A stretch of DNA of 35,425 nucleotides, from contig JANMQQ010000037.1 of NCBI GenBank assembly GCA_031370545.1, positions 1-35,425 of the forward strand. Direction: 5' to 3'. Of the stretch, positions 1-9,464 are shown in pieces; the first letter of the stretch is position 1; every line of letters begins with the position of its first letter. The notes under the pieces are model-generated. The model had not been told where the DNA came from. It made no database searches and saw only the letters and a list, made by a program, of their open reading frames with translations. The translations under genes and the position numbers were made by a program. The stretch comes from Gammaproteobacteria bacterium. GTDB taxonomy: Bacteria; Pseudomonadota; Gammaproteobacteria; SG8-11.

Positions 1-753
1 CGCTGGATAGTGGAACGCGCCGCGCAACTGCAACGCGATGTGATCGCCGCGTACGAAAGCTACGAGTTCAATCTGATTTACCAGAAGGTGCATAATTTCT
101 GCGCGGTGGATCTGGGGTCGTTTTATCTCGACGTGGTGAAATACCGTCAATACACGACACGTGCCGACAGCCGCGCGCGTCGTTCCTGCCAGAGCGCGAT
201 GCACCACATTATCGAAGCGATGACGCGCTGGCTGGCTCCAATTCTCAGCTTCACCGCCGAGGAACTCTGGAGGCACTTGCCCGGGCCACATGGCGCGTCG
301 GTATTTTTCGAAACATGGTACCTTTTGCCCGAACGTGCGGCGGATGAATTCAGTCTTGCCTACTGGGCTAATGTGATGGCGGTGCGCTTACAGGTGAATA
401 AAGAACTGGAACGCCTGCGTGTCGCCGGGCAGATTGGCTCCGGCCTGGATGCCGAAGTTGATGTGTATTGCGATGACGCCTTGCACGCCGCGTTGACACG
501 TCTGGGCGACGAGCTGCGCTTTGTGCTGATCACCTCGTATGCACGCGTGCATCACGCGAGTGATCGCCCGGCCGACGCGGTGGCTACCGAACACGCCGGA
601 CTGTGGATCAAGGCCGCGACCAGCGCACACCACAAATGCGTACGCTGCTGGCATCATCGCGAGGATGTCGGCCAACACGCGCAGCATCCGGAATTATGCG
701 GGCGGTGTGTAGAGAACGTGGATGGCGCAGGCGAAGTGCGGCGGTACGCATAG
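1..753 (+). CDS. ileS: Isoleucine--tRNA ligase, C-terminal part (5' end lies outside the window)
   Basis: Frame is open from base 1 (RWIVERAAQLQ...). Anticodon-binding helix motif DLGSFYLDVVKxRQY, APILSFTAEE, and C-terminal Zn finger KCVRCWH...LCGRCVENV. Sits in the canonical ileS-lspA-fkpB-ispH order. Confidence 0.97.
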   Translation, partial: RWIVERAAQLQRDVIAAYESYEFNLIYQKVHNFCAVDLGSFYLDVVKYRQYTTRADSRARRSCQSAMHHIIEAMTRWLAPILSFTAEELWRHLPGPHGASVFFETWYLLPERAADEFSLAYWANVMAVRLQVNKELERLRVAGQIGSGLDAEVDVYCDDALHAALTRLGDELRFVLITSYARVHHASDRPADAVATEHAGLWIKAATSAHHKCVRCWHHREDVGQHAQHPELCGRCVENVDGAGEVRRYA

Positions 754-765
754 TTTTTTGTTTAA

Positions 766-895
766 CTCCCCTCCTTATTTTCAAGGAGGGGTGGCACCGC
801 AGGTGACGGGGTGGTTGCTGTTGGTGTTAACGAACCTTAACAGCAACCACCCCGTCCGCTTCGCGTCCACCCCTCCTTGAAAATAAGGAGGGGAG
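766..895. repeat. 130-bp inverted-repeat (REP/REPIN-like) element made of two ~50-bp palindromic units
   Basis: 766-794 (ctcccctccttattttcaaggaggggtgg) is the exact reverse complement of 867-895. 805-822 is the exact reverse complement of 839-856. Each arm also holds an internal CCCCTCCTT/AAGGAGGGG palindrome. A near-identical unit occurs at 32399-32501. Confidence 0.9.
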
Positions 896-954
896 AAATT
901 CTGAAAATGTCGATCTTCGATTTACAATTTGACTCTCAAGTGGCGGTAAACATA

Positions 955-1461
955 GTGCAAGAAAATATTTCGAGCTCCGGCTCTTTAAAATGGCTTTGGA
1001 TCACTGCGGTCGTCGTCGCTTTAGATCAGATCACAAAATTTGCCGTGGTGGGTGCGTTTACGTTGCATGAGCAATTGCCGCTCATGCCATTCTTCAATCT
1101 AACGCTGGCGCATAACCCAGGCGCTGCGTTTAGTTTTTTGAGCGACTCCGACGGCTGGCAACGCTGGTTCTTTACGGTCATTGCGCTGGGCGTGAGTATC
1201 GCGATTGTCGTGTGGCTGAAGCGGCTACCGTCCAGCGACCGTTGGATGGGAATAGCGTTGGCGCTAATTTTGGGCGGCGCGTTGGGCAACGTATGGGACC
1301 GCATGACGCTCGGCTATGTAATCGACTTTCTGGATTTTTATGTCGACCAATGGCACTGGCCTGCGTTCAACGTCGCGGATTCAGCAATCACCATCGGAGC
1401 AGTGATGCTGGCCGTCGACGCATTCTTTTTTGCCAAGGCAAAAGATGCCGCGCAAGAATAA
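955..1461 (+). CDS. lspA: Lipoprotein signal peptidase II
   Basis: LDQITK, NPGAAFS, GGALGNVWDR, VIDFLD and WPAFNVADSAI motifs. GTG at 955 gives a typical N-terminus; ATG at 907 is an alternative start. The ORF-track start at 877 lies inside the repeat. Confidence 0.95.
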   Translation: MQENISSSGSLKWLWITAVVVALDQITKFAVVGAFTLHEQLPLMPFFNLTLAHNPGAAFSFLSDSDGWQRWFFTVIALGVSIAIVVWLKRLPSSDRWMGIALALILGGALGNVWDRMTLGYVIDFLDFYVDQWHWPAFNVADSAITIGAVMLAVDAFFFAKAKDAAQE

Positions 1462-1467
1462 TCCGTC

Positions 1468-1926
1468 ATGAGCAGCGTCATTGTTCCTGGCAGTACGGTG
1501 CGCATGCACTACGCATTGCGTCTCGAAGACGGCACGCTGGTCGAGAGCAGTTATGGCGCGGAGCCGATTGAATTCGAAATGGGTGATGGCACTTTGATCT
1601 CGGGTCTGGAACGCGCGCTCTACGGCTTGACCACCGGCGCACAACAAAGCATTCGTATCAGCCCCAAAGAAGGCTACGGCGAACGCGATGCGGACCGCAT
1701 TCACTCACTGCCCCGCGCGCATTTCGATGCAGAAATGCCGGTGGATTCAGGCACCATCATCAGCTTCGAAATGCCATCGGGCGAAGAAGTCCCCGGCATG
1801 ATCGTCGCCGCAGACAGTGAAGCGGTGCAGGTTGATTTCAACCATCCGCTCGCCGGACACGAAGTTATTTTCGAAGTCGTCGTGCTCGCCGTGCATACCC
1901 CGGTGGCGAACGACGATGAATCGTAG
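1468..1926 (+). CDS. fkpB: FKBP-type peptidyl-prolyl cis-trans isomerase (SlpA/FkpB)
   Basis: V.MHY.LRLEDG, GLERAL.G and VDFNHPLAG motifs. Lies between lspA and ispH. Confidence 0.93.
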   Translation: MSSVIVPGSTVRMHYALRLEDGTLVESSYGAEPIEFEMGDGTLISGLERALYGLTTGAQQSIRISPKEGYGERDADRIHSLPRAHFDAEMPVDSGTIISFEMPSGEEVPGMIVAADSEAVQVDFNHPLAGHEVIFEVVVLAVHTPVANDDES

Positions 1927-1951
1927 CGCAGGCTGTCATCTGGAGTAATAC

Positions 1952-2887
1952 ATGGAAATTGTGCTAGCTAACCCACGCGGCTTTTGCGCCGGGGTCAATC
2001 GTGCCATTGAAATTGTCGAGCGTGCGCTGGAATTATTCGGCGCACCGATTTATGTTCGCCACGAAGTTGTGCATAACCGCTTTGTGGTGGAGGGACTGCG
2101 CGCGAAAGGCGCGGTATTTGTCGACGAGCTGGATCAGGTGCCTAACGACGGCACGGTGATCTTCAGCGCCCACGGTGTAGCACTCGCCGTGCAGGAAGAA
2201 GCACAACGGCGTGGATTGAAAGTATTTGACGCGACCTGCCCCCTGGTTACCAAAGTTCATATGGAAGTCTCGCGCCACGCACGCACCGGCCGCGAATGCG
2301 TGCTGATCGGTCACGCCGGACATCCCGAAGTCGAAGGCACGCTCGGCCAATATCGCAACGAAGGAACATCGGGCGCGATGTACCTGGTTGAAAGCGTCGC
2401 CGACGTCAATGCGTTACAGGTTGCTCATCCCGACAATTTATCTTTCGTTACGCAAACGACACTGTCAGTCGACGACACGCTACAAATTATCGACGCGTTG
2501 CGTGCACGCTTTCCCAATATTCAGGGGCCACGTAAAGACGATATCTGCTACGCGACGCAAAACCGCCAAGATGCGGTTAAAGAACTGGCCCAACGCTGCG
2601 ACGTGCTGCTGGTGGTCGGCTCGGTGAACAGCTCCAACTCCAACCGCCTGAAAGAAGTTGGCGAGCGCTTCGGCATCCCGGCGTATTTAATCGACAGCGC
2701 GGCTCAAATTGAGCGCGAGTGGATTACCGGCAAACAACGCGTCGGAGTCACTGCGGGTGCATCGGCACCGGAAGTGCTGGTGCAAGACGTTATTGCAAGA
2801 TTGCGCGAGTGGGGCGGAACGGAAGTTAACGAAGCGGTCGGGCGTGAAGAGAAGGTGTTGTTCCCGCTGCCCCGGGCGTTGCTGTAG
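1952..2887 (+). CDS. ispH: 4-hydroxy-3-methylbut-2-enyl diphosphate reductase
   Basis: [43 protein letters not shown] and TAGASAPE motifs. GGAG RBS upstream. Confidence 0.98.
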   Translation: MEIVLANPRGFCAGVNRAIEIVERALELFGAPIYVRHEVVHNRFVVEGLRAKGAVFVDELDQVPNDGTVIFSAHGVALAVQEEAQRRGLKVFDATCPLVTKVHMEVSRHARTGRECVLIGHAGHPEVEGTLGQYRNEGTSGAMYLVESVADVNALQVAHPDNLSFVTQTTLSVDDTLQIIDALRARFPNIQGPRKDDICYATQNRQDAVKELAQRCDVLLVVGSVNSSNSNRLKEVGERFGIPAYLIDSAAQIEREWITGKQRVGVTAGASAPEVLVQDVIARLREWGGTEVNEAVGREEKVLFPLPRALL

Positions 2888-2902
2888 ACATTAGCAGTGC
2901 AG

Positions 2903-3385
2903 TTACTTGCCCCAACAAATCACACGCGCTTCGGAATCCGACACCGGCTTGCCTGTCGAATCAACGCCCGAACCACCTCTCACCCCACGATCAGATAATG
3001 TCAACTTCTGACACGAATCTTTCTTTTGATCGGCGGTCAGTGGATCGGCGGTCACAACAAAACTGCTGGCGATGCTGCCCGCCGCAGCGGGAGCAACGGT
3101 AATGCTGTAGTAACCGCCCGCCGACGTGGCCGACTTGATTCCCGGCAAGTCCGTGACCGTGGTCGTAAACGTATTCATATGCGAAAAATAGCGTTGCTCC
3201 GCCTGCGCCACTTCTTCCATCAATGCCATCGCGGCAGGTCGTTTGCCCTTGCGACTCTGTGACTCGTAGAGCGGATAGGCAATCGCACTGAGAATCGCCA
3301 GGATGGCGACTGTCACCATCACCTCGACCAGCGTAAACCCCCTGCGATGTTGAATTGTCACGCTCCGGCTCGCCACGTCAATCAT
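2903..3385 (-). CDS. pilE: Type IV minor pilin PilE (cluster A)
   Basis: Prepilin site RG|FTLVEVMV with E5. C-terminal C...CW disulfide loop. Last gene of the minor-pilin operon. Confidence 0.9.
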   Translation of the reverse strand: MIDVASRSVTIQHRRGFTLVEVMVTVAILAILSAIAYPLYESQSRKGKRPAAMALMEEVAQAEQRYFSHMNTFTTTVTDLPGIKSATSAGGYYSITVAPAAAGSIASSFVVTADPLTADQKKDSCQKLTLSDRGVRGGSGVDSTGKPVSDSEARVICWGK

Positions 3386-3720
3386 CTACGTTTGTAATCG
3401 GAAGGCAACGTCCAGATTTCTGCGACCTGCCCTTTCGAACCCGGCCCGGCACCGACGATACTTATTCCGATTAACTGCCCAATTTTAAGCGCGCTCAATG
3501 TAGCGTTGCGCGTGCTCAGTGTATGCACGTGCACTTCACGAGACACATTGAACGTGCTGTCGCTGATAACGACGGCCGGGCTACTGGCAGTTGGCAACAC
3601 ATCAACGGTGCCGATTTTATCGAATGAAGACGGATAATAGCTCGGCAAATCCACAGCCATGAGCACCGCCGAGTTCAACATCAGCAGCAACCCGACACAA
3701 TGACGCTGTAGTACTTTCAT
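3382..3720 (-). CDS. Small exported PilY2-like protein (cluster A)
   Basis: ATG at 3720 follows a GAGGAG RBS. Signal-peptide-like N-terminus. Lies between pilY1 and pilE. Paralogue of 11072-11377 (shared GT.D.LP, VHT, LSALK.GQ and EIW.LPS). Confidence 0.75.
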   Translation of the reverse strand: MKVLQRHCVGLLLMLNSAVLMAVDLPSYYPSSFDKIGTVDVLPTASSPAVVISDSTFNVSREVHVHTLSTRNATLSALKIGQLIGISIVGAGPGSKGQVAEIWTLPSDYKRR

Positions 3721-3740
3721 TTTGCTCTCCTCTAATTTGT

Positions 3741-6700
3741 TTACTTCAGGCGCTTCCACGTTACGCGCCCCTGCACGATACCGGAATCATATTGATTCAA
3801 TGATGTCGCCGCGAGCGGCGGTAATGGTGTGGGATCATTCACAATTCCACCGATGTATCCGTCCGAAAACGCGACCCCGACATAATCCGATGCGCCGCCC
3901 GCACCTTCGATAAATACCGGAACAGTGGGAATGCCGTGAGACGACTTGTAACCGGTTACGGCGGCGACACTTGTCTTGCTCGCGGTAAAGGGCAGCATAT
4001 CGTCCGCATTAATGAAGCCGTCATGGTTTATGTCAAGCGGCGGCACCCCGGGGCGCGCACCACTCGCTGCGCTGGCGATCATTACAAACCCGCCGCCGCC
4101 TGCATCGCAGACCGCAGTGCCAGGTATAAAGGTGCTAAACAGGACTTGACCATTACGCAGCAGGGCTTCGTAGATGACGCGCTCGCCATTATTGGATGCT
4201 GCGCCCTTAACCATCAGGTCCATGTACCAGCCTTGCTTTGTGTCCCAGTCAATGGTCTCGCTGCTGGTAATACGCCAACCCTCTGCGGTCTCCGCCAAAA
4301 TTGTCTGCGCTTGTAGGGTCGCTCGCTCAAACTTGATGAAGGGGCTCTTGCCTCCCTTCGGCCATTTGTCCCACACCGCATAGAACGACTGTGTGGTTTG
4401 ACCAACAATTAAATTGTCCGCAGTTTCCAAAAATCTACCGGTACCGAAATACACCATGTAGCCTTTTTCGATACCCAGCGGATGCACGCCCACGGTCGGA
4501 CGTACGGTGATGGACTGCATGGCCGCCTTTGTCGTGACCGGATCAATATACTTGGCCTTGAACAACGGCGCGCTGGTAAAGCTGGTGGTCCAATTGGTCG
4601 GCGCAGCATCGGTTAAATCGAAGCGCCAGAGGTTGCCAAACAGATCGCCGGCATAGGCAAAATCAGCAACGCCATCAGCATCGACGTCGATGACACGCAC
4701 ACCGGACAGGCCGTTAGGACGTCCGTTGGCGGCACAGGCCGCGAGGCATTCCGGATCATCTTTGCTGCCGACAAAAGTATCAATTTTGCGAATCAGTGCG
4801 CCCGTCTTTAAATTGACAACATAGAGCACCGCGTCGCCGCTGGTACTCGCATGCCCATCGGCTTCAGTGTTGTTGTAGCCGTTACCAAATACCGCAGCCC
4901 AATTTCCATCGGCCATTTTTGCGATGGCGGCTTCGCCGTAGGTGTAACCCAGATCAGGATCACCCTTATCCCCCGGCGTGCCGGTACCTACGTCGTTAAA
5001 TTCCCACAACGCTATTTTTGCCGCATTGGCATCGGTGAATTTGGTGGGGTCGGTGACATCCAGTGCGAACATTGCCTGACCGCCGCCGCGTAATCCGCTC
5101 AGTAACACGCTGTGCCAACCGTCACTAAACTTGGCATCGGCAACCATCGGTGTGGCATCCACGAAATAGCGATGTGAGTACGCAATGCTGCTCAAGCCGC
5201 CGAGATTTTTATAAACCGTACTGGGCACATAAGCGAGGCGCTCAGTCGCCGTGGCGGAAACTTTGCCGCTGGTATCCACCGTGGACGAAGCATCAAAGCC
5301 ATGCAACATGCCGTCGTTCGCGCCGACATAAAGCATCGGCGTGCGCCCCGCCTTGGATTTTACGAACGTCGCGTAGTCGGCATCGTCATCATGCGATGAA
5401 TCTGGAGCGCCGACATATACCGGTGTCGAATTAACGATGTCACCCAGCACAACATTGCGTTTGCGCAAATTTTTGGTGGTGCAGCTGCCGCCCACAGATC
5501 CGATCTCGCATGATTGATCGCCGCGTAAATAGTCAAGCACCGGTGAGGTGCCGATGGCCGCTTGTTGATCAGCCGCCAAGTCGGTCCAGCGAAACGGTAT
5601 GCCCAAGTGCGCGGGCGCCGAGTGGGTGGTCAAAATGGTGCGAGCGCTCGCAACTGTTTTTGTCAGCGCGACTCCTGCATCGACAATCCCTGCTCCGATC
5701 ACTCCGGTATCACCCACCGGCCGGTAAAGCAGCTTGCCTTCCCAGGTGCTGGTGTCATAACCCGCCTGGAAAACAAGCGCGCCCTTTTGTAAGGACGTTG
5801 CGTTAAATGCTGCCGCCGAGGATGAGCCGACATGTTTCTGGATGCTGTTAAAAACCTGGGTGAGCGAATTCACCAATGCGTCAGGGTCGCCAGCTTCCAG
5901 GAATTCACCTCGGCCGTTGTAGGCGGCATGGCGCAGGTCATCAATGCGCTGCTTGTCAGAAAATTTATCCGACGTTGTCCCAGACGACGGCTTTGGCCAA
6001 CCCGGAAATTTGCCGTTGTTCCACGCGGCGTCACCAGGATGACTTGTGTAATCATCAGGCATGCCCTTCAAATCACCTGACACTCCAAACGCCACGGTAA
6101 ATGTCACCATGTGCTGGTGAGGTGCCTCGTCTACACCAGCGAGCGTTGGCACTTTATCCGCGACGCCTGGGATGATGTCGTTTTCGTAGTAGTACATCGC
6201 GATGTCGCCCAAGGTTTTGCTATAGGCATCGCCGTAGGTTCCACCGTCATACGGTGGCTTATTTTTGTCACCATCTGCGTTGCCGATGGTGGGCCCGGTG
6301 TCATCATAGGTGCCGTTGTAAAACCCGTCGGTCATCATCACGGTGAAATTCTGCTGGCACGATCCGCCTTGTGCTTCAGTTAACGGTGCAGTCGTCTTGC
6401 CTTTAAACAGAGTGTTGCCCGCGTGGCCGGAAAGATATTCGCCAGCCTGCTTGAGTGAGTCTTGCAGCGGCGTACCCTGGCCCGGATCAACTTGATACAA
6501 ATTACTGAGCAACTTCTTGCGGTTTAATTCACCCGCCGGAGTGGTATCAACCTGCATGAGCTCGGTATTGACATTTCCGTTATTGTGCAATGTCGCCAAG
6601 CCTACTCGCAGCCCGTTGACGCTCGAGCTGGCAAGCAATCGACCGAAGGCAGACTTCGCAATCAAGTGACGACTGCGGTAATAACTAAACCAGTTGGCAA

Positions 6701-7370
6701 AGTTTTTCTGTACCGCAGCCGATTCGCTCGCGATCAGATGTTCGGTTTCTTCTGTATTGTCAAACAATCCGTCTTTGTCGGCGTCAACCCACGTGTAATA
6801 GCGCAGCGCGCCTTTGTGATAGGTGGTCAGATCAATGGCCTCGTTGCCATTGTTTTTGGCGCGCCATCCGATCCAGGGGTTGGCCAGCGCTTTGTGTACG
6901 TCCATATCACCCAACGGTGTAACACCGTCGGAATTAAACCCGGGCCACGGTGAATAAATTTTGAGTGGATTAAAATAGAACTGATTGAAGTCACTGTTAC
7001 GAAAGCGCCATTCGAGATCTTCGGCAAGGTTGCATTTGCCGATGTTACTGGACACCGTATCTATACCGTAGGCGTAGGTGCTGCAATTACCGACGAGCTT
7101 CCCAGCACTGGCCGGGCTGCTGCCGTCGGGCTGTGTTCCGGCCAACAATCCGTCGTTAAGTAAGTCTTTCGACATGATTTCCCAGTCCATGCTGCCCGAG
7201 TCGTCCACCAGCAGCAGCACGTTGGCTGGCACTTTGCTGGTCAGATACAACGGCTGATTCACCAGGCTCCACGACGCTGCTACTGAAATTGTCGAGGTCG
7301 TACCCAGACTGGCCATCAACGCCAGTTGCACAATGGTACGCAGAGATTTTTTTTGGGCTGGGAATTTCAT
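3741..7370 (-). CDS. pilY1: Type IV pilus tip adhesin/biogenesis protein PilY1 (cluster A)
   Basis: Signal peptide. vWA/MIDAS motifs DDSGSM...TPL...MTDG. Beta-propeller motifs LGDIVNS, YVGANDGMLHGF, YFVD and YAGDLFGNLWRFD. Ca-binding DVDADGVAD. C-terminal GRVTW. ATG at 7370 follows GAGG (ORF-track GTG at 7379 is an alternative). Confidence 0.95.
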   Translation of the reverse strand: MKFPAQKKSLRTIVQLALMASLGTTSTISVAASWSLVNQPLYLTSKVPANVLLLVDDSGSMDWEIMSKDLLNDGLLAGTQPDGSSPASAGKLVGNCSTYAYGIDTVSSNIGKCNLAEDLEWRFRNSDFNQFYFNPLKIYSPWPGFNSDGVTPLGDMDVHKALANPWIGWRAKNNGNEAIDLTTYHKGALRYYTWVDADKDGLFDNTEETEHLIASESAAVQKNFANWFSYYRSRHLIAKSAFGRLLASSSVNGLRVGLATLHNNGNVNTELMQVDTTPAGELNRKKLLSNLYQVDPGQGTPLQDSLKQAGEYLSGHAGNTLFKGKTTAPLTEAQGGSCQQNFTVMMTDGFYNGTYDDTGPTIGNADGDKNKPPYDGGTYGDAYSKTLGDIAMYYYENDIIPGVADKVPTLAGVDEAPHQHMVTFTVAFGVSGDLKGMPDDYTSHPGDAAWNNGKFPGWPKPSSGTTSDKFSDKQRIDDLRHAAYNGRGEFLEAGDPDALVNSLTQVFNSIQKHVGSSSAAAFNATSLQKGALVFQAGYDTSTWEGKLLYRPVGDTGVIGAGIVDAGVALTKTVASARTILTTHSAPAHLGIPFRWTDLAADQQAAIGTSPVLDYLRGDQSCEIGSVGGSCTTKNLRKRNVVLGDIVNSTPVYVGAPDSSHDDDADYATFVKSKAGRTPMLYVGANDGMLHGFDASSTVDTSGKVSATATERLAYVPSTVYKNLGGLSSIAYSHRYFVDATPMVADAKFSDGWHSVLLSGLRGGGQAMFALDVTDPTKFTDANAAKIALWEFNDVGTGTPGDKGDPDLGYTYGEAAIAKMADGNWAAVFGNGYNNTEADGHASTSGDAVLYVVNLKTGALIRKIDTFVGSKDDPECLAACAANGRPNGLSGVRVIDVDADGVADFAYAGDLFGNLWRFDLTDAAPTNWTTSFTSAPLFKAKYIDPVTTKAAMQSITVRPTVGVHPLGIEKGYMVYFGTGRFLETADNLIVGQTTQSFYAVWDKWPKGGKSPFIKFERATLQAQTILAETAEGWRITSSETIDWDTKQGWYMDLMVKGAASNNGERVIYEALLRNGQVLFSTFIPGTAVCDAGGGGFVMIASAASGARPGVPPLDINHDGFINADDMLPFTASKTSVAAVTGYKSSHGIPTVPVFIEGAGGASDYVGVAFSDGYIGGIVNDPTPLPPLAATSLNQYDSGIVQGRVTWKRLK

Positions 7371-7406
7371 TTTGGCCACCTCGAGTTACATCGGTGCTGA
7401 CAGCGT

Positions 7407-7979
7407 TTAAATACGGTAAATGCTTTGAACGATCCGGTCGGTATTGGCACTTAATCCGACACCGCGTGCGGTGATACGGTAATAGCGCAGAGATTGGCTA
7501 CAGAATCCTCCGTACCCGGACAGCACCTCACCACCGGGAAACTTCTCAATAATGTAGCGTGGTTGCGCTATGACCACGGGCAGCAACGGCATCCTGTCCA
7601 GCACTCCTAACTCTTGGCTGTAGGTTTGTGTCGTATCCGTCCAGAAGTTCGCACCCGCCTCGTTACAATTCAAAGTGCTGGCGTTGTTACCATCACAAAA
7701 TCCCACGGGCTGAACAATCGCGAGCGAGGTTTGACATGACACCGTACGCAAGTAGGTTTCACCCGCGCGCAATGCAGCATCCGCTGCTTCAAGTGCGACG
7801 GCCTGATCGCGGAGGCTGCGGATGCCCATCTCCTGCCGTATTGAACTGCTACTTGCGCTCAAGCCGAGCATGATGATGGCGACCAGGAACACCAACCCGG
7901 TTACGAGCGCGCTGCCCCGCTGGTGTTGGTTGACAACACCCGACACTACAACGACGCGCGCTGTCTCGTTTACGCGCAT
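7407..7979 (-). CDS. pilX: Type IV minor pilin PilX (cluster A)
   Basis: QRG|SALVTGLVFL lacking E5, AL.AADAALRAGE, PRY.IE and YYRITARG motifs. Confidence 0.9.
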   Translation of the reverse strand: MRVNETARVVVVSGVVNQHQRGSALVTGLVFLVAIIMLGLSASSSSIRQEMGIRSLRDQAVALEAADAALRAGETYLRTVSCQTSLAIVQPVGFCDGNNASTLNCNEAGANFWTDTTQTYSQELGVLDRMPLLPVVIAQPRYIIEKFPGGEVLSGYGGFCSQSLRYYRITARGVGLSANTDRIVQSIYRI

Positions 7980-8842
7980 AGGGAGGTCGCCTGGCCTGGG
8001 AATTTTGCGCAGCGATTACGTAACCGCACGGTGGCGGTATACACGGTGCGCAGCTTGCGATCTTTCGCCGGAGCAATAGCTTCATCGAACATCTGGTTGG
8101 TTTTAGTATTGTCACCACTGCGCACTTGTTCGGTACTTGCGACGAGTAAGGACACGCGTACAGAAAGAATATTCGCCCGATCCGCCGGAGCGATCTGACT
8201 CCAGTCGAGATAACTGTCAACAACTCCGTCATAGGGTTGCGCGGCACCGACAACGGGTAGATCTACGCCGTACAAAAGCTGCATATTTTCGACCCCTTCT
8301 GCGACCACCACGTCGTTACATAGCAGCGAGTTTTTTTCAACCTTGAGCACGTTAGGCACACCAAATCCTGGCGCGCCTGCGGCAGTAATTCCAATCGGCC
8401 CGGCAAATGCTCCTGGGCTGGCCGCTGTCACGGCTTTACCAACGCAATCCACCGAAGCAGCGTCGACAAAAACGTTGATGGTCACCGAGTCGCTTTTTTC
8501 ACCGCCGGGATCAATGCCCTCCAAGGGCGGTTTTGCGCCATACGCCCACAATTCCAGGTCGCGCCGATCACTGTAGCCATCGCCGTTCATATCTTGATCG
8601 CCGTAACCGGACCATGCGGGCACGTAGCCGATTTGGGCGATTTGATTTACGACAAAATCCAAAGCATAGGCACCATTGTTTTGCACCTCCGCAATGGAGT
8701 TGTTGTAGCGATAGGCATTTTTGTTAGTCGCAAAAATCTGCACCATGCCGCCCATCAAAATCAGGCCGATGGTCAGCGAGACCATCAACTCGACGAGAGT
8801 CAGGCCAGATTGAAAGCGCGCGATATTGACCTTTGTATTCAT
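7970..8842 (-). CDS. pilW: Type IV minor pilin PilW (cluster A)
   Basis: SG|LTLVELMVSL, GVENMQLLYGVD and VRVSLLV motifs. ATG at 8842 overlaps the pilV stop (ATGA). Confidence 0.9.
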   Translation of the reverse strand: MNTKVNIARFQSGLTLVELMVSLTIGLILMGGMVQIFATNKNAYRYNNSIAEVQNNGAYALDFVVNQIAQIGYVPAWSGYGDQDMNGDGYSDRRDLELWAYGAKPPLEGIDPGGEKSDSVTINVFVDAASVDCVGKAVTAASPGAFAGPIGITAAGAPGFGVPNVLKVEKNSLLCNDVVVAEGVENMQLLYGVDLPVVGAAQPYDGVVDSYLDWSQIAPADRANILSVRVSLLVASTEQVRSGDNTKTNQMFDEAIAPAKDRKLRTVYTATVRLRNRCAKFPGQATSLCA

Positions 8843-9459
8843 AAGTCGATAACCACCGCATAACAGCGTAAGTCGGTTGCCCCAACTGCTCCACACTCGG
8901 TCGGTTTACCCACGGCCTTGGTGCCAGTATTTTCTGCATCCCAACGTACTGCGATGGTGAAACGCTGACGCGTCGGCATGCCTGGGTCGGCGGATAAATA
9001 AATCGGTGTGGTGGTCGCGGTATCTCTGAGATCTGCACTTATGATGTAACCGCCCGCTGCGCTATGGTTACCCGGCAACAGCGTGTTGTTGGCGGTTTGC
9101 CATTCGTAGATATCAAAAGCCGCGAGTGCTGCAGCGGTGCAGGGATTTTTTCGGCAGCTGGTGGCAGCGCTGGGCGAAGCATTCGCACTCACGCCCGCGT
9201 ACAGATTGGGAAACTTTTTTGTAACTGGATCGAAGGTGTAATACGCCGCAGGATTAGCGCGAATGCGATCCGCCATGTCATGCACTTGCTGCATCGCGAT
9301 CTGGCGGTACGTCGTGCTGGCTCCGCCGTGCAGCGTAAACGCCTGCATGCCAGCGAAACCCAAAAGACCGACCGAAATCACCAGCAGCGCGACCATATTC
9401 TCAAGCAAGGTGACACCGCACTGGGCGCGTCGTGACATTATGAGTGGAAGGTTGCGCAT
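8839..9459 (-). CDS. pilV: Type IV minor pilin PilV (cluster A)
   Basis: G|VTLLENMVALLVISVGLLG, DMADRIRANP, C..A.LAAFD..EW and I.VRWD motifs. Confidence 0.92.
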   Translation of the reverse strand: MRNLPLIMSRRAQCGVTLLENMVALLVISVGLLGFAGMQAFTLHGGASTTYRQIAMQQVHDMADRIRANPAAYYTFDPVTKKFPNLYAGVSANASPSAATSCRKNPCTAAALAAFDIYEWQTANNTLLPGNHSAAGGYIISADLRDTATTTPIYLSADPGMPTRQRFTIAVRWDAENTGTKAVGKPTECGAVGATDLRCYAVVIDL

Positions 9460-9464
9460 GCTGG

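Noticed and set aside
754-900. Large hairpin after ileS as an intrinsic terminator
   Set aside because: No U-tract follows the stem on either strand, it lies inside a normally co-transcribed operon, and it recurs elsewhere as a repeat.
877-954. ORF-track N-terminal extension of LspA from TTG 877
   Set aside because: The start lies within the repeat arm and the extension does not resemble LspA.
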